Below the pieces are notes generated by a model. The model did no database searches and was not told the DNA's origin. It saw only the letters and a list, made by a program, of their open reading frames with translations. A DNA stretch of 64,000 nucleotides, taken from Escherichia phage JLBYU50. Positions 28,145 through 38,104 of this stretch are shown here, piece after piece. A program made the position numbers and the translations under genes. Position 1 is the stretch's first letter. Every line of letters starts with the position of its first letter. The stretch lies in sequence record OK272470.1; one strand, written 5' to 3'.

Positions 28145-29917
28145 TTAATAAGAACCATCAGGAATATTCTCTGGGTTACTTGTGTATTGATCGTAATCGT
28201 GAAGTGTAGCTGTTTTAATCTCATAGAAGAAACTACCTGCTGCACCAGTCTCTGAGAACTCACGGTTCTTTAGAATGTAGCAATATGTGCGGTTACGTTC
28301 CATAGGATCTTCAGCTTGTTTATCACGCTCCAGCGCAATTGTGATACCAGCACCTTTAGCAAGGAAGCTACTACCCATTGCATCATCTTCTACAATATGT
28401 TCATTACTATTGTTAGAAGACTTTTTAACGTGTGAAATTACAACAATGGTAATTGCGTACTCTTTCATAATGCGTTTGAGCCACGTCGCAAGTTCCTCTT
28501 GTTGTGACACGTCCATACCAGAAAGCAAGTCAGAATAAGGGTCGATAACAAGAATGGTTACTCCGAAATAAATAATCATTTCCAGAACCTTCTCTTTAAT
28601 CACATCTACGTTAGCTCCACGATCATCACAAACATAGAAACGTGGTGTTCCATCTTCTCGTTCGTAAAAATCACGAATCTTTTCTTCATTATCTTTTAAA
28701 ATCTTTTCCTTCTCTTCTTTCGTTTTACGGTGAAGAGGGATATGCAAGAATGAAGACAGTAAGTTACGAGAATACTTCTTATACGTTGCCTCCAAAGATA
28801 AAATACCAAGAGTATGTTCTGGGTGTGCAAGAATAATGTGCTTCGTAATCTCGTTAACCAACAGTGTTTTACCGATACTTGTTTTTGCAAGTATAACAGT
28901 AATTTCTTCTTCTACCAAGCCTCCACCTAACATATTAGAAGCAACACGCATGAATGGAGGAAGGGTGATCATTTTAGCTTCCAGGCATTCCAAGGCTGCT
29001 TCATACAGTACGTTAGAAGCGTAAACACCAGCAGGTGTGTACAGTTTAGCTTTGAAAAAGCGATCAATAAAATGATCAATTTTTCCTTCTACTAGTGCCT
29101 GGTTAGGATCTTTAACATCAGTTAGTTCCATCACGTAAACTTTATTACGTGGTAAGATTTTAACACATTTCTCAACTGCTGCACGTCCAGCGTCATCATT
29201 GTCCATACATAGAACAATCTTTTTAAATTGGTCTAAGAATTTATAACGATGTTGAAGCTGCTTATGCAGAGATGTTTCGCCACAAGTACCAGATACTACA
29301 GCAGGAACAGGATATTTACCACCCTTGTTATAATCTTTTAGCATCTGTGTTGCAGCCAGCATATCGTGTTCACCACCAACGATTAGAATAGTACCGCTGT
29401 GGTTACGATATTTAAACTCCCCAAAAAGATCACAATCCTTTCCTGTTTCACCGATAGGATGTGAGAAATCTTTTGGATCGATACGTTGTTTATACCCCGC
29501 AATATTGTAATCTTTAGTTGTAGGGTATAGTGTTGAAATTACTTCGCCAGTAGCTTCATCGTACATATAACGTACACCGAAAGGCTTAGAGATATCTTCA
29601 CGAATACCGCGATAACCTTTTGGATTAGTTCCAGTGCTGGCTTTTAGTTTATCATGTACTTCTGGATTAAACTCACTACCCAAGATATCCTCCTCTTCAA
29701 TTTCTTCGCCGTGTGCATTTAACCATTTTTGATCAGGGATAGTAAAGCCACAAGAAAAACAATGTGCGCCTCGATGGTCTTCATCGGCATCTAAGCCATA
29801 TACCATCAAATTGTTTTGTGATCGATCACGCCCTCCTTTCATACAACGAGGACACCCAGTATGTCCTTCTTGACTTAGATCAATGTTATACCCATATTTA
29901 TTTACAACATAAGACAC
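28145..29917 (-). CDS. bifunctional DNA primase-helicase (T7 gp4-like)
   Basis: N-terminal zinc ribbon CPRCx17CFSCG; TOPRIM-like IVGGEHDML and LCMDNDDAG; P-loop ILAKTSIGKT in C-terminal helicase half. Confidence 0.8.
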   Translation of the reverse strand: MSYVVNKYGYNIDLSQEGHTGCPRCMKGGRDRSQNNLMVYGLDADEDHRGAHCFSCGFTIPDQKWLNAHGEEIEEEDILGSEFNPEVHDKLKASTGTNPKGYRGIREDISKPFGVRYMYDEATGEVISTLYPTTKDYNIAGYKQRIDPKDFSHPIGETGKDCDLFGEFKYRNHSGTILIVGGEHDMLAATQMLKDYNKGGKYPVPAVVSGTCGETSLHKQLQHRYKFLDQFKKIVLCMDNDDAGRAAVEKCVKILPRNKVYVMELTDVKDPNQALVEGKIDHFIDRFFKAKLYTPAGVYASNVLYEAALECLEAKMITLPPFMRVASNMLGGGLVEEEITVILAKTSIGKTLLVNEITKHIILAHPEHTLGILSLEATYKKYSRNLLSSFLHIPLHRKTKEEKEKILKDNEEKIRDFYEREDGTPRFYVCDDRGANVDVIKEKVLEMIIYFGVTILVIDPYSDLLSGMDVSQQEELATWLKRIMKEYAITIVVISHVKKSSNNSNEHIVEDDAMGSSFLAKGAGITIALERDKQAEDPMERNRTYCYILKNREFSETGAAGSFFYEIKTATLHDYDQYTSNPENIPDGSY

Positions 29918-29929
29918 ATGATTCTCCTA

Positions 29930-30199
29930 CTAAAATGATTCGTTTGTCTCCATAATATATTGCATTTCCAAATCTTCCATATGTTTCTTAAATTGGTAAA
30001 CAATTTCCGATGGGGAAATATCTATATCAAAAAGTTCTTTTGTACCAGAATAAAATCTAATACCATCAACAATAAGACCACCATAATAATCCCAATCACT
30101 TTCTCGTGAGAAAGGGTTAGGTTCTTCATAATAGTAATCTACTTCAACAATAATAGGTTCTTTATTATCTTGTTTATACTCAAAATCAAAAGTGTTCAT
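29930..30199 (-). CDS. hypothetical protein
   Basis: 89-aa ORF; start overlaps stop of upstream gene. Confidence 0.45.
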   Translation of the reverse strand: MNTFDFEYKQDNKEPIIVEVDYYYEEPNPFSRESDWDYYGGLIVDGIRFYSGTKELFDIDISPSEIVYQFKKHMEDLEMQYIMETNESF

Positions 30200-31143
30200 T
30201 ATAAATCCTCGATAAGCAGTCTGCGGGTTTCATTTAAATCATCAATATTGTAGTTATCTCTTACATACTTAGCAAGAGCCAATCCTTTCTCAATACAAAC
30301 ATCAGGGGATTCGATTAAGTATTCTACAATATCTTTCCACTCTTTAACTGAATCAGCAAAGAAGATTAGATCTTTAAATTCTTCAGTATAGTAGTTCTCT
30401 CGTGGTGAACAAACGAGTGGCAAACCTTTAGCACCAGCTTCAAGAATTTTTAAATTACTTTTGGCATTATTAAAATGATTATTTACTAACGGAGCTATGG
30501 AGATTTGATGACCATCGTATGCTTCCATATAGCACTCATAAGGACGAATACCTTCATAAACACAATTTGGTTGAATATCTTCTTTAATTTGCAACCATTG
30601 AGCACTACTTAACTCTTCGTGATCTCTACGAAATCCACATAAAGTTAAATCTTTACCAAAACTAGGAAGAATAGCTAAATCATGTTTATGTGTTTCACTT
30701 CCCGCCCAAACCAGTGGACTTTTAGAATAACGATCTTTAGTAAGAACAAACTGTCCTTCATCAAAAGGTAGTCCGTTAGGCACAATATGTACATTATCAT
30801 TGTATTGGCTTAATTCAACCTTTAATGCTGGAGTTGTTGTAGTTACAAGATCGCTTCTTTCAAGGAACCATTTTAGGTCATCTCGGATTTGATTTTCAAA
30901 TAATCCTTCCAGCATATGCCCTTCAGGAATAATTAAAGAATCATCCAGATCCATTACCAATTTAAACCCAAGTTGTTTAAGAGCCAGGAAACCTGGCTTT
31001 CCACGGGTTGGTACTCCATTGAACACAAAAATATTATGCTTAGGATTAATGGTCAGTTTGCGTTTATATGGCAAAATGATTCTGTGAAAATCACATACAC
31101 TATACTTTTCATTTCCGCGTGTGTCAAGAATAATATTAGGCAT
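30199..31143 (-). CDS. glycosyltransferase (GT-B fold candidate), paralog 1
   Basis: C-terminal SNLKILEAGAKGLPLV (GT-B type EAxAxGxP motif); paralogous to next gene (VWAGSETHKHDL vs VWAGGASHEPDL). Confidence 0.55.
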   Translation of the reverse strand: MPNIILDTRGNEKYSVCDFHRIILPYKRKLTINPKHNIFVFNGVPTRGKPGFLALKQLGFKLVMDLDDSLIIPEGHMLEGLFENQIRDDLKWFLERSDLVTTTTPALKVELSQYNDNVHIVPNGLPFDEGQFVLTKDRYSKSPLVWAGSETHKHDLAILPSFGKDLTLCGFRRDHEELSSAQWLQIKEDIQPNCVYEGIRPYECYMEAYDGHQISIAPLVNNHFNNAKSNLKILEAGAKGLPLVCSPRENYYTEEFKDLIFFADSVKEWKDIVEYLIESPDVCIEKGLALAKYVRDNYNIDDLNETRRLLIEDL

Positions 31144-31154
31144 ATCGCTCCTTA

Positions 31155-32168
31155 TTAAAGACTTTCAATAACTTGACGACGCAGTTCATTGGCATCTGCA
31201 AGATTATAATTAAGACGAACGTGTTCTGCAAGCATCATACCACGATCTTCTGTGTATCTAGGGTTCCTCATTAGCTTGACAACTTCATAATGCCAAGATG
31301 CTTTAGAGTCTGCATAGATAACAGCCTTTGCATCTACCGGATTGAAGTACGGCAGCACAGGAGAACAGATAATAGGAAGACCCTTTGCACCTGCTTCCAA
31401 AATCTTCAAATTGCTTTTACAGTTGTTGAAGTCATTATCTACCAGAGGAGCAATTGCAATACTGTGACCGTCATACACAGACATATACTCACCTAAATTT
31501 TTAATAGCTGGTTTATACTGTGCATTTGGAATTTTACGTTTTACTTTAACCCACTCCGCAGTAGTTAGATACTGACTATTATTTCCAACAGGTGCAGAAG
31601 GATACACTTCATACCCTGCAATTGTCAATAGTGTATCATCAAATGTATTAGCTACAAGAGATAAATCAGGCTCATGGCTTGCTCCTCCAGCCCAAACAAT
31701 AGGCGTGTCAGAATAACGGTCTTTTGTTAAAGTAAATTGACCTTCGTCGTAAGGCAGTGCGTTTCTAATAACGACAACATTACGATTTAAATGACGAATT
31801 TTGTAAGCTAGGTATTCTGTTGTTACTGTAACAACATCTGCTAACTTAACCATCTCTACAATAGTCTTTGAGTGATTAGTAAATACGCCAGCCATATAAT
31901 GTTCAGGATTAAGCGAATAAAAATCATCTAAATCAACAATAATCTTAACACCTTGTGCCTTCAGGCGTTTAACTTCGTCTGATCCACGAGAATACACTCT
32001 ATTAAAAACTAAAACGTCTTTCTTAGGCTTAAACGTATTTCCCGCAAATGGCATTACAATACGATGGTAATCACAACCACTGCCTAACTTATTATCACAC
32101 TTAAGTACAGGAGTATTAGGATTTACCATATTTTTGAGCCTCCTCATAAGAGATAAAAGTTTTACCAT
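31155..32168 (-). CDS. glycosyltransferase (GT-B fold candidate), paralog 2
   Basis: SNLKILEAGAKGLPIICSP; alternative start ATG at 32129 with RBS gaggagg would reduce overlap with upstream gene. Confidence 0.55.
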   Translation of the reverse strand: MVKLLSLMRRLKNMVNPNTPVLKCDNKLGSGCDYHRIVMPFAGNTFKPKKDVLVFNRVYSRGSDEVKRLKAQGVKIIVDLDDFYSLNPEHYMAGVFTNHSKTIVEMVKLADVVTVTTEYLAYKIRHLNRNVVVIRNALPYDEGQFTLTKDRYSDTPIVWAGGASHEPDLSLVANTFDDTLLTIAGYEVYPSAPVGNNSQYLTTAEWVKVKRKIPNAQYKPAIKNLGEYMSVYDGHSIAIAPLVDNDFNNCKSNLKILEAGAKGLPIICSPVLPYFNPVDAKAVIYADSKASWHYEVVKLMRNPRYTEDRGMMLAEHVRLNYNLADANELRRQVIESL

Positions 32169-32802
32169 TGCGAAGATCCTCCAGTGATTGTTTATATTGT
32201 TCCCAGTTTACACCAATCCCCTGTTCTTTCTCTTCTTTTGACAGATTCGCAAAAGGTAAAGGATTATCTCCAAACACATCGTCAGGATGGATAAACGCCA
32301 TAATTCGAATAGGACATGGTACGCCGTGAATACCTCGATTCAAACCTGCCAGTGGAACACGCTGAATCCACTCTGCATCCTCATATCCATAACCGTGAGT
32401 GTATGAGCGGAAATAGCCAGCTTTCTCAATAACTGCACGGGAATACATACCAAACTGGCACATGCCTAGCTCCCAAATAACCACTTCTCCTTCAATACCT
32501 TTTACTTTATCTTTAAAATATTCAGGCATACCAAAGAAATCCCAACCGTTTTCCTTCGCCTGTTTTACAAAGTATGTTTCCCAACCTGGTACAACCGGAT
32601 AGCAATCATCATCAAAAATAAACCAGTAGTCATACCCTTCATCATAAAACTTTTTCATCAGTTCATTACGGGCATATGCAACACCTTTTCGTTCACGATC
32701 ATACTGTACAACAAAAGTAGCATTAGGATCAGTTACAAGATAATCTTTAAGAGGACGCTTACCTACAGTAATAACACCAACACCAATTTTTGTATTTTCC
32801 AA
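32116..32802 (-). CDS. glycosyltransferase (GT-A fold candidate)
   Basis: DxD-like FIFDDDCYP and GYGYEDAEW motifs. Confidence 0.45.
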   Translation of the reverse strand: MENTKIGVGVITVGKRPLKDYLVTDPNATFVVQYDRERKGVAYARNELMKKFYDEGYDYWFIFDDDCYPVVPGWETYFVKQAKENGWDFFGMPEYFKDKVKGIEGEVVIWELGMCQFGMYSRAVIEKAGYFRSYTHGYGYEDAEWIQRVPLAGLNRGIHGVPCPIRIMAFIHPDDVFGDNPLPFANLSKEEKEQGIGVNWEQYKQSLEDLRNGKTFISYEEAQKYGKS

Positions 32803-32811
32803 AATAACTCC

Positions 32812-33375
32812 TTAAATAATTTTATTCATGTCTTGACAATGTAAAAGGTGTGAAACAGCTTTTCTAGGATCATCATTACCTAAACGGTATGTGTGAAATA
32901 AATATAACCCACGTAGTAAACCTAGCCTTTTATTGTTAGCGTGCAATGCTTTAGAGAAAATTATATCAAACTGTATTGATCTTTCCTCAAAAGGAATTTC
33001 ATTCCACAGACTCTTACGAAAGAGAAGAAAGAATCCTGCTAAGATAGCATCTGTAGGTACTTCCTCTATTGAGTTTCCCCATTCTAGATGTGCTCTTTTT
33101 GCAATCTCAATGTGGTGTAATATATTCGGATCTTCACTTCTTTCATTATTAAATAATTGATATGTTGATCCCAATCTGTTACAAGATGCACCAAGAACAT
33201 CAAAATCAGGATTTGAACGGACTATTGATTCCAGCCAAGCAGGTTGTTCTGGAAGAAGAAACATTGTATCAATGTCTCTTAGGCAAATCCAACTATCTTC
33301 TGGTAAGACACTTATTGTGTCATTGATACCTTTTCCAATATCTCCAGAAAGATAGGGAGTTATGTGAAATATCAT
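32812..33375 (-). CDS. hypothetical protein (possible glycosyltransferase-like)
   Basis: 187 aa, co-transcribed with the three glycosyltransferase candidates; DID acidic motif. Confidence 0.4.
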   Translation of the reverse strand: MIFHITPYLSGDIGKGINDTISVLPEDSWICLRDIDTMFLLPEQPAWLESIVRSNPDFDVLGASCNRLGSTYQLFNNERSEDPNILHHIEIAKRAHLEWGNSIEEVPTDAILAGFFLLFRKSLWNEIPFEERSIQFDIIFSKALHANNKRLGLLRGLYLFHTYRLGNDDPRKAVSHLLHCQDMNKII

Positions 33376-33432
33376 ACTCCCTCCGTATTATTACTTTAGC
33401 ATTTTTAGACTAAAAAGTCCAAATGGTTTTAC

Positions 33433-33627
33433 CTATTGATTACGTTTTGCGAGTTCCATTTGGATAGCTAAACTGTGATCTCGTGCTTCCATATACTCTT
33501 TATATGTTTCATTAAGATGATCACGACAAACATCACGCAGTTTAATCAGTTTATCTGTAGGGATACCACTAAGATCATCCCAAGATTTTACAACTTCACC
33601 AGTATCATTGATCCCAATGGTTTTCAT
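33433..33627 (-). CDS. hypothetical small protein
   Basis: 64-aa ORF. Confidence 0.4.
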   Translation of the reverse strand: MKTIGINDTGEVVKSWDDLSGIPTDKLIKLRDVCRDHLNETYKEYMEARDHSLAIQMELAKRNQ

Positions 33628-33883
33628 CTACAACCTCCTTAATTGCTACAGCACAGTTTTTGCAGATACACTGCCCTTTACCTTTAGAAATCTGGATGTA
33701 AGGTTCATTTTCATTTTCGCCCTTACGTGAGTCATATATTACAGAATTGAAGCACACAACGCAAATATTTTTTAATATTGTATACTTATCAACTTTCTTT
33801 TTTGTTTTAAAGTTAACTTCAATAACATCAGCCATCAGTGTAACACTCCCAGTATGTTGCTTTGTGACATAACCATAGAACAT
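33605..33883 (-). CDS. hypothetical Cys-rich small protein
   Basis: CVVCFN ... CICKNC pairs suggest a zinc ribbon. Confidence 0.4.
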   Translation of the reverse strand: MFYGYVTKQHTGSVTLMADVIEVNFKTKKKVDKYTILKNICVVCFNSVIYDSRKGENENEPYIQISKGKGQCICKNCAVAIKEVVDENHWDQ

Positions 33884-34113
33884 TCAACATTATCGTGACT
33901 ACGTGAAAAACGTTCCCAAACATCTTCATCGACTCGTAAAGCTATACAAGGATAGACGTTATCATTGATCATTTCAATTGAATAAACATCTACATTGTCT
34001 TCGTCTTCGATGAACATCATTGCAAACTGTTCTAAATGTTTCCTAATGTAATGTACATCCTCTTCTGTAAGACCAATAACAAGATAACTTGCAACGATAA
34101 CGCCCTCTTTCAT
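33835..34113 (-). CDS. hypothetical protein
   Basis: 92-aa ORF. Confidence 0.4.
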   Translation of the reverse strand: MKEGVIVASYLVIGLTEEDVHYIRKHLEQFAMMFIEDEDNVDVYSIEMINDNVYPCIALRVDEDVWERFSRSHDNVECSMVMSQSNILGVLH

Positions 34114-34123
34114 CTATATCTCC

Positions 34124-34633
34124 TTAGCGATAGAATTGATGTTCTTTGTAGCGGTACACTAGAACCATATCTTTTTCCCAGTGTGCTCTTATTGTAGATT
34201 TTTTAAAGTATAATGCTCCTTTTGTAATATCTAATGCAATTCGTAATTCTGGAAAATGCGTATCGAGATAAAGTAGACGTTCTGCTATAGCCTTAGCTTC
34301 CTTCCACTTATCACGTTCCATAACGTTGAATGTCTTTGTGTAAGAGAATTGTCCTTTTTGAAACAAAACTTCTTTTATAGTATCAGGGAAATATGAATCT
34401 CTAGCCCTATTCAATACTACATTACCAACAGCAGACATACCGCGCTTTCCTTGATTACGACTTTCTGCATAGATTGCACAAGCTAATAGATTTTCTTTAC
34501 TATCACGCTTTGTACACTTGTGAACTACTTTAGCAGTTTTTACGTTTGCAGCTTCGGCTTGCGCCACAACAGGTGTAAATGTAAAAGCAGTTAAGGATAG
34601 TAACGCAATTGCGACAAAGGTTTTTATTGACAA
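34124..34633 (-). CDS. secreted SleB-like cell wall hydrolase (candidate endolysin)
   Basis: Signal peptide MSIKTFVAIALLSLTAFTFTPVVAQA; core AIYAESRNQGKRGMSAVGNVVLNRARDSYFPDTIKEVLFQKGQFSY matches SleB-type hydrolase signature. Confidence 0.7.
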   Translation of the reverse strand: MSIKTFVAIALLSLTAFTFTPVVAQAEAANVKTAKVVHKCTKRDSKENLLACAIYAESRNQGKRGMSAVGNVVLNRARDSYFPDTIKEVLFQKGQFSYTKTFNVMERDKWKEAKAIAERLLYLDTHFPELRIALDITKGALYFKKSTIRAHWEKDMVLVYRYKEHQFYR

Positions 34634-34695
34634 ACTTGCCTCCTATTTTGTTAAACGAACTTTTATTGTAACACAGAAGAGGCTGTTTTGCAAGT

Positions 34696-34718
34696 GGAGG
34701 GGGATTATCCCCCTCTTA
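34696..34718 (-). terminator. stem-loop (gaggggga-tta-tccccctc) downstream of ORF 34726..35328
   Basis: 8-bp GC-rich perfect stem; U-tract weak. Confidence 0.4.
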
Positions 34719-34725
34719 GACTCTG

Positions 34726-35328
34726 TTAGATATTGTAAACCTTTGTATGAGTTACTACACCATCTTCTACAAAATCAACACGTTCTTGATCCGTAACTAG
34801 TGCAGACAATACTTTAAATTTAATTTTTACACGTTCAAAAGCTGGTTGACCATCTTTAAGATAATTATGTTCAGTTGTCACTGTCTTGTTTACAAAATCA
34901 ACTTTTGCTTTACCGTTTTCGCGTAAATGGAATGTTTTTCCTGCTTTATACACAATTTCAACATTGCCTTCGAGAGTAATTCCTTCAAAAAGTTCACCCT
35001 CTTCTTCATTTTCTTCACTTTTGAACAGACGACGAAACTCTTCCATATCAAGATAAACAACATCTTCAGAATAACTATCAGTAAGGTATGTCTTACCATC
35101 CATTAACCCGAAATATTGCCAGATCGCAGAATAAACATCACTGGTTGATCCAAGGGTTTCTCTGAGTTTAGTTCCACGGATTACTTCATAAACTTCAAAA
35201 TTGAAACCAGACTGCAAAGCATTAAACAGTACATCACTAACTTCTAAAGCATAATCTTCATTGTTGTCAATATCCACAAGAAAATTACCGCTACGAATAA
35301 GTTTTTGACCTTCTAAAGTAATACCCAT
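34726..35328 (-). CDS. hypothetical protein
   Basis: 200-aa ORF between TerD-like gene and lysin. Confidence 0.5.
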   Translation of the reverse strand: MGITLEGQKLIRSGNFLVDIDNNEDYALEVSDVLFNALQSGFNFEVYEVIRGTKLRETLGSTSDVYSAIWQYFGLMDGKTYLTDSYSEDVVYLDMEEFRRLFKSEENEEEGELFEGITLEGNVEIVYKAGKTFHLRENGKAKVDFVNKTVTTEHNYLKDGQPAFERVKIKFKVLSALVTDQERVDFVEDGVVTHTKVYNI

Positions 35329-35349
35329 TGTTTTCTCCTCTTTTATTTA

Positions 35350-35375
35350 AAATATGCGCCCCGAAGGGCGCTATG
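35350..35375 (-). terminator. rho-independent terminator downstream of TerD-like gene
   Basis: gcgccc-cgaa-gggcgc hairpin followed on - strand by ATATTTTAAAT. Confidence 0.6.
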
Positions 35376-35380
35376 ATTTA

Positions 35381-35977
35381 TTACTCGAACCAATCGTCGC
35401 CAGCGCCAAACGCTTTAACTACATCGTAAATGTCAAGCCCAGCTTTACCTACACCATATGCTTTCAGTTTCCATTCGTTATCTTCTCGCACCAGGGAGGC
35501 AACGTGGCAAATGGTATTACCTGCAAGTTCTGGAGCCAAGAAGTCAAAATCCAGCAGTTCAACGTTACGTTCATCATCGAAGATTTTAAGGAAACCTTCG
35601 GTAGCGTGACCAAGGCGTTTCTTACCCGTTTCGTCATCAATAGTAATTACGAATGCAATTTCCTGTGCTTCAGCAGAGATATTATCCAGTGTAACATCAA
35701 TCTGCTCCATTTGTCCTACACCATCACGAACATCTTCACCTGCAAAAGTAGAACGTTCAGGATCAAATTTCTGCGCGTAGCACACCAGGTGACGAGGAGA
35801 CAACAGTTCCGGCAGACCAGATGCATTGTGTCGGCAAATCAGAGCACTAACATCCAGATCCAGTTTTTCGTTAGATTTCCAAGAGAATTCCAGACGAATG
35901 CGTTTCAGTGCTGGTGCAATCTTTTTCAGAGAAACTTTTTCGCTAGAACCTTTTTTCAGGGAAATTTTCTGAGTCAT
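35381..35977 (-). CDS. TerD-domain stress protein
   Basis: N-terminal repeated ISLKK...VSLKK; central FAGEDVRDGVGQMEQIDVTL resembling TerD Ca-binding GDN..G.GDDE..I motif. Confidence 0.65.
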   Translation of the reverse strand: MTQKISLKKGSSEKVSLKKIAPALKRIRLEFSWKSNEKLDLDVSALICRHNASGLPELLSPRHLVCYAQKFDPERSTFAGEDVRDGVGQMEQIDVTLDNISAEAQEIAFVITIDDETGKKRLGHATEGFLKIFDDERNVELLDFDFLAPELAGNTICHVASLVREDNEWKLKAYGVGKAGLDIYDVVKAFGAGDDWFE

Positions 35978-36049
35978 AATTTATTATCTCCTTTGTTGTT
36001 AATTTACGTTGTCTATTTTACTAATCTTTTCTACAAAGTCAAGCGTTTT

Positions 36050-36844
36050 TTACGCTTTTGCTCCAAATTTTTTAACCCACTCACCAAACTCTTCGGATAA
36101 CAGTTTATCGTAAAGTTCTTCATCAGACAAGGACAAATCTGCAATACCGATAAAATCAACATTATCGTATTCTTTTGCCAAGTCTTTCAGGAATTTAAAG
36201 TTTGCATTACCTACACCAACCATAAACCAGTAAACAGGTGTATTGCGGTGTTTGTTCAGTAAGCTACGTACTGCTGAAGTATCCATGTTCTCCCCGTCAG
36301 TTTGGAAGAAAATCATTGCAGGAGTACGATCAACTTGTGCATCAGTATCTACAACCTGTTCTACAACAGTACGTGTTACTTCTACAAGTTCTTTTTTACC
36401 AGTTAGTTTAGCAAGGAAACCTTTAGCTGGAACTTCTTCATACTCAACGACTTCGCGTGTAATATTTTTCATAGGTACACTACCGAAGTATGTATCATAA
36501 ATGTCTTGCATTACTGGAGCATAAGCTGTACCACCATTGATGCAAACATTAGACATACAAGAGCCGACATAATCATCATATACATCAGCCGTTGCAGGAG
36601 GCAGTTCAAAAGAAGAACTATTGAAAGCCCACATGTCAATCTGCGCATTATCATCAAACTTCATACCAAACGGCAGCAGCTTACCTACAAAATCACTAAC
36701 AGTGCCATCACGATATAGCTCACACATACTACCCGAAATATCTAAGGCGCTACCGACACGAAGAACAACATCGTTAATCTTTTTCTTACGCAGAGATACA
36801 GTAAGAGTTTCTTGACGTTTTTTAAGACTGATTTTATTGGACAT
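36050..36844 (-). CDS. von Willebrand factor A domain protein (TerY-like)
   Basis: MIDAS motif DISGSM near N-terminus; N-terminal ISLKK...SLRKKK resembling TerD leader. Confidence 0.6.
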   Translation of the reverse strand: MSNKISLKKRQETLTVSLRKKKINDVVLRVGSALDISGSMCELYRDGTVSDFVGKLLPFGMKFDDNAQIDMWAFNSSSFELPPATADVYDDYVGSCMSNVCINGGTAYAPVMQDIYDTYFGSVPMKNITREVVEYEEVPAKGFLAKLTGKKELVEVTRTVVEQVVDTDAQVDRTPAMIFFQTDGENMDTSAVRSLLNKHRNTPVYWFMVGVGNANFKFLKDLAKEYDNVDFIGIADLSLSDEELYDKLLSEEFGEWVKKFGAKA

Positions 36845-36845
36845 A

Positions 36846-37115
36846 TTATTTCTCCTTTCTGACTGTAATGTTAGTAACTTCTAAATCCACTTCTACCACT
36901 TCTGTATCATATAAAATACAGTTAAGTTGACCTCTTTGTGAACCGTTCAGACACATTGCTTGGTTTGTATTAACCTTAATAAACACTAAGTTTATGAACG
37001 TATCTAAACCAGAATCTTGATAGGCAACATAATATACAAATGTATCACCTGTGTCAAGTTCTCCAAAACATTTAGGTTCATCTGATTTGTCGTCTTTGAT
37101 ATTAAATTTAAGCAC
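36846..37115 (-). CDS. hypothetical protein
   Basis: 89-aa ORF, overlapping stop/start with neighbours. Confidence 0.4.
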   Translation of the reverse strand: MLKFNIKDDKSDEPKCFGELDTGDTFVYYVAYQDSGLDTFINLVFIKVNTNQAMCLNGSQRGQLNCILYDTEVVEVDLEVTNITVRKEK

Positions 37116-37671
37116 TGTCTTCTCCTTTACCTGCTCTCAAGCCTAAATAGAAAGCCTCTCTGGTGATTTTTTGCAACTCGTTTAAAGAGATAGTTACAAC
37201 TAAATCATCTTCAATTTCTAGCTTTGAGTCTTCTTCTGTCTCAATGCAAGTATTATGCACTTTGTGGTAAGGATTGTCAACACGTTTAAATTTATTATTT
37301 TCAGTGCTGAAGAAGCAATCTGGATCTTCTTCTCCATCACCCCAACCCTGGTTAGGGTCTTCTTCAGATCTTTCTGTTGGGATCTCACCTGTAAAGTGCT
37401 CTTCTAATACCAGAGCAATCCCATCTCCAAGATCGGAAGAGAACATCAAATTACAAACTTCTTCCCAAGGCATAGACCACTTAAATCTTTTACGATTGCC
37501 ATGTTTATCTTCTTCGTTAGAGAAAACACTACCATAGCTATCATAATTGCCATACATCTCTTCAACAACTTTACCACCTTTCAAAAGAAATAGGTAGCAA
37601 GGAGAGCCATCGAAAGAGGTAGAAAGAGCAGCATTACCAGACTCTTTGCACAAGAAACTAAAACACCCCAT
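37108..37671 (-). CDS. hypothetical acidic protein
   Basis: 187-aa ORF. Confidence 0.45.
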   Translation of the reverse strand: MGCFSFLCKESGNAALSTSFDGSPCYLFLLKGGKVVEEMYGNYDSYGSVFSNEEDKHGNRKRFKWSMPWEEVCNLMFSSDLGDGIALVLEEHFTGEIPTERSEEDPNQGWGDGEEDPDCFFSTENNKFKRVDNPYHKVHNTCIETEEDSKLEIEDDLVVTISLNELQKITREAFYLGLRAGKGEDSA

Positions 37672-37871
37672 TATACACCAACCTTAAGATCAATTATAGC
37701 CAAAGTGGTTTCAGAGTGTGTTTGCTCGTCTACAGGTGCAGTCATGTGATAATACAAAAAATCTTCGGCATCATACCAATCTGACTCTTGACCTTGTTTC
37801 CAACCATCAATGAAAGCATCTTCCATAATTGTTTGTAACTCTTCACGAGTTAAGTGAATATCTTTACTCAT
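37671..37871 (-). CDS. hypothetical small protein
   Basis: 66 aa, start/stop overlaps. Confidence 0.4.
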   Translation of the reverse strand: MSKDIHLTREELQTIMEDAFIDGWKQGQESDWYDAEDFLYYHMTAPVDEQTHSETTLAIIDLKVGV

Positions 37872-38104
37872 TACACATTCTCCTCTTTTACCAATTCCAT
37901 CGTTGAACTATCAAAACCATCTTTAGAAGAATAGGTATAGACAGAACGTAGTTCTCGCAGGACAGTGAATACATTGGGATCATCTAACCAAGCATCCTGG
38001 AGGAGAACATAACGATCTTCATTGTCGTACTGGACAGCAATCATAGAACCAGACAGTTTGTAAATTTTAATATTCATAATATATTTCTCCTTAAAGTAGA
38101 CCAC
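37871..38104 (-). CDS. hypothetical small protein
   Basis: 77 aa. Confidence 0.4.
   Translation of the reverse strand: MVYFKEKYIMNIKIYKLSGSMIAVQYDNEDRYVLLQDAWLDDPNVFTVLRELRSVYTYSSKDGFDSSTMELVKEENV

Noticed and set aside
28145-28263. Track start of ORF 27739..28263 overlapping the primase-helicase 3' end by 119 nt
   Set aside because: Internal ATG at 28134 with RBS aaggagag gives a compact non-overlapping gene
35354-36100. 248-aa + strand ORF spanning the TerD-like and vWA genes
   Set aside because: Antisense to two - strand genes with recognisable TerD and MIDAS motifs; Phe/Asn-rich translation typical of an AT-rich reverse frame
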